Shown: in pieces, positions 25,324 to 37,659 of the stretch
How positions within the stretch are numbered: position 1 is the first letter of the stretch
Layout of the letters: every line of letters begins with the position of its first letter
Assembly: GCF_028641065.1 (NCBI RefSeq)
Contig: NC_073405.1
Location: 14,508,001 to 14,572,000, forward strand
Length of the DNA stretch: 64,000 nt
Direction: 5' to 3'
DNA from: Leucoraja erinacea
Lineage: Eukaryota
The notes under the pieces: generated by a model
The model's database searches: none
The model's input: the letters and a program-made list of their open reading frames with translations, nothing else
Told to the model about the DNA's origin: nothing
Translations under genes and position numbers: made by a program

Positions 25324-25413
25324 TCATTCGTCCAGATGATTGTTGAATATCCCCGCTTCCCAGCGCTGGGCCATTGTGCTTTTACGGCGAGTGACTCTGG
25401 TAGATTCAAGTAC
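25324..25413 (-). CDS. MISP: MISP-like gene, last coding exon (VLESTRVTRRKSTMAQRWEAGIFNNHLDE*)
   Basis: Acceptor ttatcttgcctgtag, phase 0, ends in TGA. Matches the conserved MISP/AKAP2 C-terminal VLExTRV.R.K...WEAG motif. Too short for the ORF track. Confidence 0.92.
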   Translation of the reverse strand, partial: VLESTRVTRRKSTMAQRWEAGIFNNHLDE

Positions 25414-25911
25414 CTACAGGCAAGATAACAAGGGTCAGGAAGATAGGATAGTAGAGCTGTAAATGATACGTCCACCATGATGCAGAATCGGCAATCTGCA
25501 AACCATGAAGCACCAATTGAGGTTAACAAACTTCCAATGCCATGAAAAGAAAAACAAAATAAAAATTGGCACACACTCTCTGGAAGGAAAAAACGATTAA
25601 CAGATTAAAATGGTTATGATTGAGAGGGGAGCAGGATGGGCATATCTAGGAATAGGAAAGTGATTGAAGGAAAGGTTGGTGCGTTGAAGATTGCATTTGT
25701 AATGGGAGAGTGTGTTTGGAAGTAACATTCTTGGATATTCCCAAACGTGTGCTAGACCAGCCCAACAATCAATGCTTCCAACTTTTCCCAAACTTTCATG
25801 CTCAGAACTTGACGGAATTTGAGAATTCTCTTGCAAAGATATTGACTGCTCAAATACGTGTAATCAGTAGATGTTGCTGCCTTCCACTGCAATCCACTGC
25901 AAAACATTTGG

Positions 25912-26187
25912 GACGGTACAGTCGTGCAGCGGTAGTTACTGCCTTAGAAAGCAAGAGATCCAGGTTTGATATAACTACGGGTGCTGTCTGTTTGGAGTTT
26001 ATAGGTTCGCCCTGTGAACACACCTCCCCCACACTTCAAAGACAAACAGGTTTGTAGATTTATTGACTTTGTAAATTGTCCTTGGTGTGTAAGGTAGTGC
26101 TAGTGGATGAGGTGATCATTGGTTGGTGTGGACTTAGTGAGCCAAAGGGCCTATTTCCACGTTGTATCTCTAAAGTCTAAAGTAAAG
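25912..26187 (+). mobile_element. V-SINE (HE1-like), intronic
   Basis: tgctgtctgtttggagttt V-domain and (ctaaagt)n tail. Confidence 0.7.
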
Positions 26188-27845
26188 TCAATATTACCCC
26201 AGGTTCTGGGGAACCTGACACTCCCCTGGATTTGAGGAAGTATCCTGAGGTAAACGTTAACATCAGGCCTTGGTGAGATCTCACCTACCCAATTGGCAAT
26301 GCTGGTTTAGGAGAGGAGGGAAGCATGTATCCATGAAGTAACCACATATGTCAGCAACCCAGTCACACCTGAGGACTGAGAGGATCAATACTGAGAGAGA
26401 TTTGAAGGTAAGATATCAGGCAGATAATGGGGAGTCATAGATACTTTGATGGCATTGGGGAGGTGGGAGAATGGCTGGTCATGGAGAGCCAAGGTTTAGT
26501 TGAGGTGGAGAATGATCAAAATCAGAGGTCAACATTCGGAAGGGACTACTGGGGATAATGGAAAAATTATTCCTGGAGCCGAATTGAACCATTGAAGGGG
26601 GTTCTATCATGCTCCTGACGTGCCTCACGGAGAGTAGGAAAACTTTTAGAGGGTCAGGACGGATCTCATTTGCTGTAGGATACTCAGCTGCTGCCATGCT
26701 TTACTAACGACTGTATAGTTCCTGATCAGTGGTGAGACCCAGTGTATTTGTGATGTCAGATTTAGGTGATTAGACTCCCTCAGGTTGGAGATAGTCTTTG
26801 TTTAGCACTTCCGTAGCACACGAGCTCCTTGCCACTGATTGGCTCCTGCCTGAATGTTGTCCAAGTCTTGCTGGCTGCAGGCATGAGCCGATTCATTTGT
26901 AAAGAGATGAAAATGGGCCTGAACATGGTGCAATAATCAGAGAATCCCTTCTTCTGACCCTGTGGTGGAAGGAAGGTTGCGCCCAACACCGTGCTCCGAG
27001 AACCTCCTGCAGTAATACACTGCAGCTGAAGTGACTGACCACCGACAACACATCACTCCAGTTCTCCCCAAGCTCAGTTTTACCAGGATTCCTTGCTAGT
27101 CATACCTGCTCGAATAAAACCTTGACACCATCATTACACCTCGAGAATTCAGTTCATCCATCCAAACCGAGCCCTGGCCTTTGCTGGTTGGGAGTCGACC
27201 AACTGGCCGGTAAGTAACTGGATTGGATTTGTCCAGTGAATTTTCCACATTGTTGGGTGGATGCCAGGATTGGAATTGCTCTCGAACAGTTAGAAACACA
27301 GCAACTCAAGGAGCTCACGTCTTCATATTATCCTGTTCTATTGTCTGTGTTCTGTCCAGTCACTCACCATTTCTTGATATCACACACATGGTGTGAATTG
27401 GACAGGTTGCTGAGATGGTGGGGATCTCAGGAGGAAGCTGAATATGGAAGATTGCAAATGCTTTCAGCTAGGTTTTGACACTACATGTAATCAAAGTTTC
27501 ATGTCACTGGGCCCTCTGCAATGTGGGAGTGCTTCTACCCACAAACAGCATTAATTCAAGAAAGTGCCTTGCTATCACCTTCTTAGAGGTCCTAGGGATA
27601 GGCAACATTCTTCCAGAGATGTTCCTCTGACATGGAGTAATAAAAGAGCCAGGAGTGGTTTTAATGATCAGATTATCATTAGGGCACAGCACAATTAAAT
27701 AAGCCAGAGGAGTTTAGTCTCTCAAACCCATTGCTGAGCAGCAGTCAAGCAGTTAGTAACACTGAATGGCGTTTTGAGTATATGTTGTGGCATGCAACAC
27801 TGATAGACAGCAAGCTGAAGTCTGGCACAATGAAAACGTGACTAC

Positions 27846-27884
27846 CTCAGTGTTGATGTCATCAGAAGGCTCGATACCAGCATA
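27846..27884 (-). CDS. MISP: MISP-like gene, 39-nt coding exon (YAGIEPSDDINTE)
   Basis: Acceptor ttttttttaaacttcag, donor GAG|gtagtc, phase 0-0. Matches the MISP YAGI.PSD.IN.E motif. Confidence 0.9.
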
Positions 27885-28650
27885 CTGAAGTTTAAAAAAA
27901 AACGCATAATAATTTAAGTAAACATCATGAAATAAACCACTTTAGAAGCAACAACGAATGATCCTGACACTGGACATTTTGTCCCTTCACTGTCTCTTGG
28001 ACTTGCCGACTGACACTGTGTGCTGAGATGCCTTAGTATTCTCATGGTACTGTCATTCACCGGCCCATCCAACCTGTCTGTCCAACACAATTACGCAGAA
28101 GCTTAATGAGGGGCTTGTGGGGCACAACCGAGCACTCTACCATGGCTTTACATACTAAAACATCAGCACATTATATACCAGGCTCATTGTGTGCCTGGGA
28201 GAGTTCAGGAAAGAGGAAAATAGTAGAGAAAGATGTAAAAGAGAGGAAGCAAATTAACAAAGGAGGAAGCAGAATATGTTTTTCTCCATTAATTCTTTCA
28301 TTATTAAACCAATAGTATTGCACCATCCAAACAATCTTCCCTCTGGCTCCATTCTTAACAAAAAAAGGTGCCATTAAATCTGATCCTTTTATATCCAATT
28401 CACCTCCCTACCCTATCTGTTTATTCAGTTGTACCCCTAATCTTTCCCCCAACCACACTTCACTTCCAATTGAAGTCAGATGACCTTGTGACTTCTCATT
28501 GATCTAGAAATCCAATCACTTTCACATAACACAAGATTTATTGTCCACTGACAGAGGCAAAACAGATTGCTCAACATCCTTCACAAAGCATGCCAGAATA
28601 TCCACACAGTTTACTGCCAAAAAGGAAGAGAATCGCAAACTTCAACATAC

Positions 28651-28808
28651 CGAAGAGTCATCCTTTTTTCCAGAAGGTTTCGCTCTCCTCTCTTCCTGGC
28701 AGTGCGTCGCTGGGAGATCGTCTGTTCGATCACCGTTCAAAGCTCCATCTCTGGACGTCAACTGAGGATACACTGGGGGACTTTGGGACTCCAATGTGGA
28801 GACTGTTG
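28651..28808 (-). CDS. MISP: MISP-like gene, 158-nt coding exon ((A)TVSTLESQSPPVYPQL...KPSGKKDDSS)
   Basis: Acceptor ttctaacttccttgcag, donor TCG|gtatgt, phase 1 to 0. Open frame joining the large exon to the 39-nt exon. Confidence 0.85.
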
Positions 28809-28937
28809 CTGCAAGGAAGTTAGAATAATCTTAAATCTTTCCATACTGATGAAGAACACTGTTGGTGGTGCAGTACAGACGGAATGCGGCACTATTTGAA
28901 GGGCAGCAGAGAGGGAAGTTTGCACTGTTAGAGGGCA

Positions 28938-29490
28938 GATAATAATAATAATAATAAATTTCATTTATGGGCGCCTTTCAAGAGTCTCAAGGACACCTTA
29001 CAAAAATTTAGCAGGTAGAGGAAAAACATGTAAGGGGAATGAAATAAATAGTAGAGACATGACTAGTAAACAAAGTAAAGACAGAATTCAATACAAAACA
29101 TTATACGAGGCAATTAATGCACAGATGAAAAGGGAGGGGGACGTGGGGCTAAGAGGTGAAGAGATGGGTCTTGAGGCGGGACTGGAAGATGGTGAGGGAC
29201 AAACAGAATTGCGGATCAGTTGGGGGAGGGAGTTCCAGAGTCTGGGAGCAGCCCTGGAGAAGCCTCTGTCCCCAAAACTGCGGAGGTTGGACTTGTGGAT
29301 GGAGAGGAGACTGGCTGATGTGGATCTGAGGGACCGTGAGGGTTGGTAGGGTGAGAGGAGGTCAGCGAGATATGGGGGGGGCCAGATGGTGGAGGGCTTT
29401 GTAGGTGAGGATCAGGATTTTGTAGTTGATCCGGTGGGAGATGGGAAGCCAGTGAAGTTGTTTGAGGACTGGAGTGATTTGATGCCAAGA
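28938..29490 (-). mobile_element. L2 LINE 3' end with (TAT)n tail, inserted in a ~30-bp minisatellite
   Basis: HITPVLKQLHWLPISHRINYKIL-type coding on minus; (aat)n at 28940-28957. Flanks are cactgttagagggcag repeats (28890-28938, 29490-29610). Confidence 0.85.
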
Positions 29491-29699
29491 TAAGAGGGAA
29501 GGTTGCACTGTTAGAGGGCAGAGAAAAGGGAAGGCTACACTGTGAGAGGGGCAGTATAGAGGGAATGCAGCACTACTTGAAGGGCAGTAGAGAGGAAGGG
29601 CGAGGTTGTACTGTGTGTGTGTGGAGGGGGGAGGGGGGAGGGGGGTGGTACAGGAGAAATTCTATACAGTTAGATAGGCCATCACCATCTATTCTGATA

Positions 29700-29960
29700 A
29701 AGGGCAGGGAACTGTTAGTGGTTTGGTGAGAAATTTTTGTTCAAACAGCCTCACTGTTGGTGCAGTCATAATCGTAGAACCACTTGTATGAGCCTTCTGT
29801 ATACAAACTGACTAATGTAATTTCTACAATGAATGGACCAAAACAGCTGTGATTTCTTAATGGTGTGTGAAAGATGTGATCTAAAAATTCTTTAAGTTCT
29901 TCAAATGCTTGATCAGTGGGTTTCCCAAAGTTTGGAAATTGTCTCTCTGCACCTGTACCC
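29700..29960 (-). mobile_element. Possible degraded LTR-retrotransposon gag fragment
   Basis: KPTDQAFEELKEFLDHIF followed in another frame by HCRN/ISQFV resembles the Gypsy gag N-terminal pattern. No LTR seen. Confidence 0.3.
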
Positions 29961-30831
29961 CAGAAACATGAGCGTGAAGGCCACACTGACAAGAGCTATA
30001 ACTTTAGAACAGCTTTGGTCAGAGTTGGCTGGTCGGCACCATGTCCATGCCGACAACAGCTATTTAGATTGTAACGGCTCCACAACACTCGGTGCATAGT
30101 ACCGTGGGCCGTGGCTCATCAAACGATCGTCCAAACACACTTACATACGATGACGGCTCCCGTCTCCAACACTCTGCCAGGCCCAGTTCCAGCTGCCACT
30201 ACTCTTTGGTGAAAAATAATTCTTATTCTCCTTTAATCGTTCTCCTAATTAATTTTGACTTGTGTTAGGTTTAGGACAGCAGAGTGTTATCAGTGATAGA
30301 GCTGCTATCTCATGGCACCGATGATTTAAGCTTAGTCCTTTGGTGACCTGTGTGGGATGAAAAGCTACTTCCAGTGAGCACATAGGTTGCCCACCGGTGC
30401 TCTGCTTTATTCCTATATCTAAAGGTCAGGTTGATAAGTTGATTGGGGTCTGCAAGTTATTTCTCCCATGTATGTGAGTAGTAGAAAGTAGACAAACAAA
30501 TGCTGGAGAAACTCAGCGGGTGAAGCAGCATCTATGGAGAGAGGGAATAGGCGACATTTTGGGTCAAGACCCTTCTTCAGATGATAGAAATGCAAGAAAA
30601 TAAATAGAATTGTGTAAACAGATGGTGTGGGTGAAGTGCAGGGCCTGTTCCTGTGCTGTATGACTGTATGGGGCCCCCAAGCTATCAATTAATCATGGTT
30701 AAGATAACGAGAAGCATACACAGATCTGGTCTGAGGTCTTGTGTGCAGTTTCAGCATGACCTGCCTGCATTCATATTTTATTCCTCAGCCAATAAAGTCA
30801 TATTCTGCCATCTGATTAGCTTGAGGGATGT

Positions 30832-30958
30832 TTAAGAAGGAACAGCAGATGCTGGAAAATCGAAGGTAGACAAAAATGCTGGAGAATCTCAGCAGGTGAG
30901 GCAGCATCTATGGAGCGAAGGAAATAGGCAATGTTTCAGGTTGAGACCCTTCTATAGA
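30832..30958 (-). mobile_element. Solo hammerhead-like module with 12-bp TSD (another solo copy at ~30490-30582)
   Basis: CTTGAGGGATGT at 30820-30831 and 30959-30970. Insert starts at the decayed core gtctatagaagggtctcaacctgaaacatt. Confidence 0.8.
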
Positions 30959-31223
30959 CTTGAGGGATGTGTGGTTATGTACACCAAGGGCTCTATTTCT
31001 TCACACTTCCATGTCCTAGAGTCTATATCCATGATGTTGTTCAGTAACTTGTCCTTGTTCCCTTTTATACCAGGATCTTGGTTCTAAAGTTTAAATGATC
31101 TGAATCGTTTAGTCTGTATCATACCTTAACATTGCACAGAGACATTGACCAGAGACATTGAAGTCTAATGCATTCTGCATTGAGGAACATTGTCAATAGT
31201 TAAACTATGTCACATCAACATGG

Positions 31224-31442
31224 TGTGGAATTCTCTGCCACGGAAGGTAGTTGAGGCCAGTTCATTGGCTATATTTAAGAGGGAGTTAGATGTGGCCCTT
31301 GTGGCTAAGGGGATCAGGGGGTATGGAGAGAAAGCAGGTACGGGATACTGAGTTGGATGATCAGCCATGATCATATTGAATGGCGGTGCAGGCTCGAAGG
31401 GCCGAATGGTCTACTCCTGCACCTATTTTCTATGTTTCTATG
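31224..31442 (+). mobile_element. Young CR1 3' end
   Basis: Near-identical to 3940-4160. Confidence 0.9.
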
Positions 31443-32149
31443 TGTGAAGGTAGAAACATTTGTGGAGGGCTATTTAAGAGAAAAAACAAATTCTAGGTGA
31501 GATACCCCAGACATTATGGTAAGATAGTGGCAATCTAGTGGAAATGAGATTATATCCCACTCATTTAGTAACAAATAAAATTCAATTAAATTTGTAAGGT
31601 GGTTTATCATGTAAAAACAAACAGAACGCAGTTGGATTGTGAAATCTCATATGGTTCAATGGTACCATTTCAGAAGGGGATGCTACCATGCGTTTAGCTG
31701 ATGCTGGACATCTAATGTTCCCAGGGATAGAAACCAAGTGCAGGCTTCCATCAAGAGGCAACGTTTAATATGCAAGGGATCATGTTTTGCGCTTTTGATC
31801 AAGTGGTGACTCTTTGCCACATTTAATGGATGGCCAAATTAAGGACTAGACACCATTCATTAAGGTAAGAAGTAAGCAAGGTTACAAATCAATGAAACCG
31901 GGAAGTAATGGTGCAGTTGTACAACAAACGTGAACTTTATCTCCTCCAGTTGTAGATCCAACATGTTAAGTGACCCAGTAACCATAGCCGCAACATCACA
32001 CAATAATCTGTGCAAGAGGGGAGGGCAGCAACAGAAGGCTAATGGACTGGGCATCTGTTGCTCCCTTACAGGTTTCTCAAGTCACAAACAGGCCGGTCAG
32101 TTCCTGGGATTTTCTGCCACACATTGGGCAAACTAGTGGATGTACCTAC

Positions 32150-34265
32150 CTGAAGGAAGACTCCCTCCAGGCTGCTGCCTCAGTCTCTGCGCCCGCAGCT
32201 CCGCCTCCCGACGTTGCTCGTCCTCAATTTCCTGCTCAATCAGGAAGTTGGTCTGAGGCTTCCAAGGTCGCAGGGTGTAGGGCTGGGACTCCGATCTCTT
32301 TTCTGCCAAGTCCTGACATTCAGTTGAGTCAGAATGTACCGAGTTGCTTTCCTCTAGAACATCAAGCACATCTAGAGATTCCCGTGAAGCCGAGCGGACT
32401 AACCTGGTCTGCCAACCCGGCTGTGGTGCAACTGGCACATCATCTGTTTGCTGCTCAAATACCTTTTTCCGTTCTTCCACTTCTTGAGGCACTCCTTTAT
32501 CATACAGGCCTTTGACTTTGCCTTCTTCCTTCAATTTCTCCTCCCTCTTGGTGTCCATTTCAATTTCTCTCTGTACAAAAAAGCCCATCCGATTCTTGTC
32601 TTTATTTTTTAAGAAAGGAGATCCAGGGGATAGTTGGGATAAGAGTGGTTTTGTCTTGATTTCCACCATTTCCTCAGAGCTCACTGCCTTGCTAATTCCT
32701 CGTTCCTTGCGAAGAATTTCTTCCCTTTCCAAGGCTAATCGGATTTCTTTCTCAATGGGAGTTTCAAGGATTGGCTTCTGCTCGGGACACTCATAGTTAT
32801 CAGTTCCTATGTTCTGCATTTCAATTGATGCCCCACCATCACTAGTGTACCCATAACCATAGTCATTGGTCATCTCACCTAATCCAGAATCAAGGTCATC
32901 TGTTGAGCAGGCAGCCAGATTTCGCCGAGTGGAACCAAATTTTTCGCCATCATTATCTTCCAGAGTTGCAATCTTCTCAGCAATGAACACACTATTGCTC
33001 ACAGGACTTTTAGGCCCATTATCCTTCTCATCCGCGTCGGTGTAATCAACTCTAACAGCTTTTACCATGATTGTTGGACTAGTGTCCAAGGCAATCCCAC
33101 CCTTGTCGTGAAGTAGCCAAGCAGATTCAGAGGGCGCGGAAGAATGTCCCAAACCCCCGTGGGACCGAGCAGAGGGCCGAGGACTGGTTGGTTCTTCTAG
33201 CCTTGGCTTCTCCATCAGGAGAAACTGTTGTCTAGCAGCGACAAAGTTTTTTTGTGGACTGTTGATGTCTTCGGGATGAGAAATGGAGGACTCGTCATGG
33301 AAAGAAAATGAATCGGAATGTTCAGCGGACTTCTGCATCTGGGATTCATCTGGCTTCTGGGTGAAATCTTCAACCGATGGAGTCCCTTCCAAATTGAATG
33401 ACTTTGTTGAAACCTGTGCCTCCGCAAAGGTGGTGCTCTTCTTCACGGCTTGGTTTCGAATTAAGGCCCTTCGCTCTTTATCAAGGTTGTCACCATCTGT
33501 TGTTTCTTTAATGATTACTGTTTGATACTTTCTTTCCTCATCGTCTGAGAAGAGTTTAACTGGGTTTTTTCCTTTATCATATTTTCGAAGATCAAAGTTG
33601 GCTTCTTTTTTTATGGTAGTTAACTTTCCATCCCTGGCTGTGCTCACTGCAGAAGGCACACCGCCAAGTCCATCATTACTCAGAGTGTCCTGGTCACTCA
33701 TGTCTTGGATGACAGTAACCTTCACTGCATGAATGATGGAATCATCACCACAGTCTATCTTCAATGGAATGGCTGAAAAAGAAGGCTCTGAACTATTCTG
33801 TGTGATTGGGGTCAGATTAGGAGAAACGTTGGTTTGGTGTTGAAGACTCACATTAGAACCATCCTTATTGACTAAAACCCCATTCTCCACGCTGAAATGA
33901 TTACTCTCAGCGTTCTGCATTGGGACAGGAGCCTCGTCTTCAAGATAGTCCTCAGTTTCTCTAGGTGTCTTTAGATCTCTGGAGAGGACAATGTTATTGC
34001 CTTCACCTTCCTTTAGTTGGAGCTCATCAATTGCCTCCACATGCACTTGATCCTCAGTGCCTGTTGGTATCTGCTGTGTAATTTCAGTGGGAGATTTATC
34101 TCTCTCTGAACCTTTGTTCCACTCGGGTCCACCCTCTGAAATTCCTACCGGAAGGGTTCCAGAGACTGGCGGCTCCGTGTGCAGCAGATCCTTGGAGGCA
34201 GTAGCGGCCCGGTCAGATTCAACTTCATTCACCACGGTTATTGGAGACGCATAAGTCTGTTGTTT
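32150..34265 (-). CDS. MISP: MISP-like gene (mitotic interactor and substrate of PLK1; AKAP2_C family), large 2116-nt coding exon
   Basis: 700-aa ORF with ERRALIRNQAVKKST, FVAARQQFL, ETPIEKEIRLALEREEILRKERG, EMVEIKTKPLL, FFVQREI and LIEQEIEDEQRREAELR. Acceptor tgtttcctctatcag at 34266 (phase 0), donor TCAG|gtaggt at 32149 (phase 1). Orthology (MISP vs MISP3) judged from remembered motifs only. Confidence 0.88.
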
Positions 34266-34799
34266 CTGATAGAGGAAACATAAAAACTTCAGTCAGAGGA
34301 TGTACACAGTGCCCGTTGTAACCCGGAGCACGCAATCTTCACTATTACAATCAGTTATTCTCAGATGCAGAATAGAGCTCCCACCAATGATATTTGTTAA
34401 AGAGTGATATTATTTACTGTCAAGAGTAGACACAACTGAAAACTTGAAACTTAACCTCAGAAGAACAGAGTGCAGTATTTTAAAGACATTTGGACGGGGG
34501 CAAAGATAGAAACAGTTTGGAGGGATATGGGTCAAACGTGGGCCAGTGGTACAAGCTTAGATAGGCATTTTTGAGTTGGGCCAAATGGCTGGTAGTGCTG
34601 TATGACTCCATGATTTCTGTACAAGTACCTTCAGCCGGCTGTACATCAGTGGAGAGAATGTTTTGTCACAGCACAGAACAGTGCAGGCAAGTTCTCAGCT
34701 TGCACATCAGATTTGATCATGGGGCTCTGCTAAGAGACAGGTTGAGTGGGCCCTACAATATCCAGAGATGGTGCGATCATGTTGCATTTGTGTGCTTAC

Positions 34800-35120
34800 T
34801 AGTTTAGTTTAGTTTAGTTTAGGGATACAGCACGGAAACAGGCCCTTCAGCTCACCGAGTCCTCAACGACCAGCGATCCTCGCACACTTACACTATCCTA
34901 CACACTCACACACGTCGAACTTACAGTTATACCAAGCCAATTAGCTTACAAACCTGTATGTATTTGGAGTGTGAAAGGAAACTGGAGATCCCAGAGAAAA
35001 CCAACACGGGTCACGTGGAGAACATATAAACTCCGTATCTACAGCACCCGTAAGTTAGGATCGAACTCGGATCACTGGCGCTGTAAGGCAACAACTCTAT
35101 CGCTGCACCACCCTGCTGCC
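34800..35120 (-). mobile_element. Full-length V-SINE (HE1-like)
   Basis: gggcagcagggtggtgcagcgatagag 5' end, B-box gagttcgatcc, (CTAAA)n tail. Confidence 0.85.
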
Positions 35121-35435
35121 CTTATTTATGTATCTATCTGCTCATGATAGATCTATCTGCTCATTTCCCACTGAGATTCATTGCTAATGATGGCACAACA
35201 GCCACCAATAAGAACATTGTCCACATTCAGGATTTCCCAACTGAACTTATTCCATAGAAATCTTGGAAGCCAATTATCTGTGGCCGGCCACCTGCCCTGT
35301 CTTGTTGACAGGAACTCTTGCAGTCCAACAGAGTCAAACCAGCATCATTACCCCACTGTTTCCTTTACATTTCAGCCATCGCCTGTCCAATGTCGTTTCC
35401 TAATCTGCCCCAGCCAACTTGCACTTCTTATTGGT

Positions 35436-36553
35436 GGTAGACACAAAATGCTGCAGTAACTCAGCGGGTGAGGCAGCATCTATGGAGAGAAGGAATGGGT
35501 GATGTTTCAGGTCGAGACCCTTCTTCAGACTGATGTTAAGGGAGATGCAGGACAAAGATAGAATGTAAGCAGGAAATGAGTTCCCCTCTTCCATTATAGA
35601 TGAGGCTTTCACTAGAATGTAGAGACAGTAAGACTAGTGGGAGAACTGGGAAGGGGAAGGAGAGAGAAAACAAGGGCTATCTGAAGTTTTTAGAAGTCAA
35701 TGTTCATACTGCTGGGGTGTAAATTACCCAAGCAAAATATCCCTTTGGAGGTGGCGGAAATGTTGGAGGACCAACATTTTTGCCACCTCCAATGTGATCC
35801 CACTACTAGCCACATCTTCCCATCTCCACCCCTTTCTGCTTTCCGCAGAGACCGTTCCCTCCGTAACTCCCTGGTCGACTCGTCCCTTCCCACCCAAAAC
35901 ACCCCTTCCCTAGGTACTTTCCCCTGCAACCGCAGGAGATGCAACACCTGTCCCTTTACCTCCCACCTCGACTCCATCCAAGGACCTAAACAGTCTTTCC
36001 AGGTAAAGCAGCGGTTCACTTACACCTCCTCCAACCTCATCTACTGTTTCCGCTGTTCCAGGTGTCAACCTCTCTACATCGGCGTGACCAAGCGCAGGCT
36101 CGGCGATCATTTCGCTGAACACCTCCGCTCAGTCCGTCTTAACCTATCTGATCTCACAGTGGCCCAGCACTTCAACTCCCCCTCCCATTCCCAATCTGAC
36201 CTTTCTGTCCTGGGCCTCCTCGATTGTCAGAGTGAGGCCCAACGCAATTTGGAGGAACAGTACCTCATATTTCGCTTGGGTAGTTTACACCCCAGTGGTA
36301 TGAACATTGACCTCTCTAATATCAGATAGCCCTTGCTTTCTCTCTCCTTCCCCTTCCCAGTTCTCCCACTAGTCTTAATGTCTCCACCTATATTCTATCT
36401 TTGTCCCGCCCCCTCCCCTGACATCAGTCTGAAGGGTCTCGACCCGAAACGTCGCCCATTCCTTCTCTCCATAGATGCTGCCTCATCCGCTGAGTTACTC
36501 CAGCATTTTGTGTTTACCTTCGATTCTACCAGCATCTGCAATTTTTTCTTACA
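35436..36553 (+). mobile_element. Penelope-like element 3' part with inverted pLTR arm (35436-35735) and GIY-YIG ORF remnant
   Basis: ORF 35700-36329 has CNRRRCNTC, NLIYCFRCSRCQPLYIGVTKRRLGDHFAEH and LHPSGMN. The left arm is the reverse complement of the 3' end; both arms carry the hammerhead-like module. Confidence 0.9.
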
Positions 36554-36815
36554 CTTCTTCGACTTATTTCCTTCATTTAGATTGAAAACCAAGGTTTCAG
36601 ATTAAACGGGTTCATTTCTGATCTTCATGTAAAATTCTGTAATATACATGGTCTCTTTACCCTGTGGCCCTACTGTAACAAGATCACCTTGTACAGAACC
36701 AGCTCTAATGTAGACACACAAGAAACTGCAGATGCTAGAATTGTGAGCACAACACAGTGCTTAAAAAACTCAGCAGGTCAGGCAGATTTGTGGATCTGTC
36801 ACCTTCATTAGATCA

Positions 36816-36911
36816 GTGTGAAGAAGGGTCTCGACCCGAAACGTCGCCCATTTCCTTCGCTCCATAGATGCTGCCTCACCCGCTGAATTTCACCAGCATT
36901 TTTGTCTACCG
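36816..36911 (+). mobile_element. Solo 96-bp hammerhead-like module with 11-bp TSD
   Basis: TCATTAGATCA at 36805-36815 and 36912-36922. Insert begins GTGTGAAGAAGGGTCTCGACCCGAAACGTC. Confidence 0.85.
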
Positions 36912-37659
36912 TCATTAGATCATATCAACCTACAACTATTTGTACCATCATTTCATCAAAATTGATAAAATACTTGGACTAATCAAAATATATCACAAGC
37001 TGTTAGACAAACATGGGAAGAAATAACAATGGTTCTGATTATGATATTCTGGCTACACACTGATGCCAAGGGGGTGAAAGACTGTTATTATGGTGTCATG
37101 GTTTAAGAAAGGGAGAGAGGATAGAGCATGTAATTACAGTTCATGTTACTATTGATGGTGGGTACATTATGTTCAGAAACCACGGAGGGCAGTGTAAAGC
37201 ATTGTGTAGAAAAGCAAAATGAATCCGCATGGTTTGTTTAGGGCAAAGATTCTAGAGGAGCAAGATAAACCACTCGACGAAAAAGCTGTAGGACGGTCAT
37301 GGGCTCATGGGAAATTTGTTTTGCGCCATTTTGTGAATCACTTATATGAGGGGGGTTTTTTGAATGGGCCTCTGTCATGGCGTCTCCTCTAGAATCTTTG
37401 GTTTAGGGAATGTTCTGTCTAGCAGTGTTGAATGGATTTTAATGAGGTGGTGGTTGACAAGGGGAGCTGTTAAGGACAACACATTTTCTATCATCCACTT
37501 AGATGTTAATAAGCAGTTCGATCTAATGCAGGATTTTGGCAAAATCCCATATGATCTGAAGAAAATAGCAAGTTTATTTAAGAACCGAGTGTCCTGGTTG
37601 TGTGACTTGATACATTATGCCAGGCATTGATCCTGGTTGAGGATTAACATCGTTCTTGC

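Noticed and set aside
28890-29610. Spaced ~30-bp repeats resembling an array
   Set aside because: Degenerate eukaryotic minisatellite split by an L2, with no unique spacers; not CRISPR.
32042-32796. Plus-strand ORFs overlapping the MISP exon
   Set aside because: Antisense shadows with no recognisable motifs.
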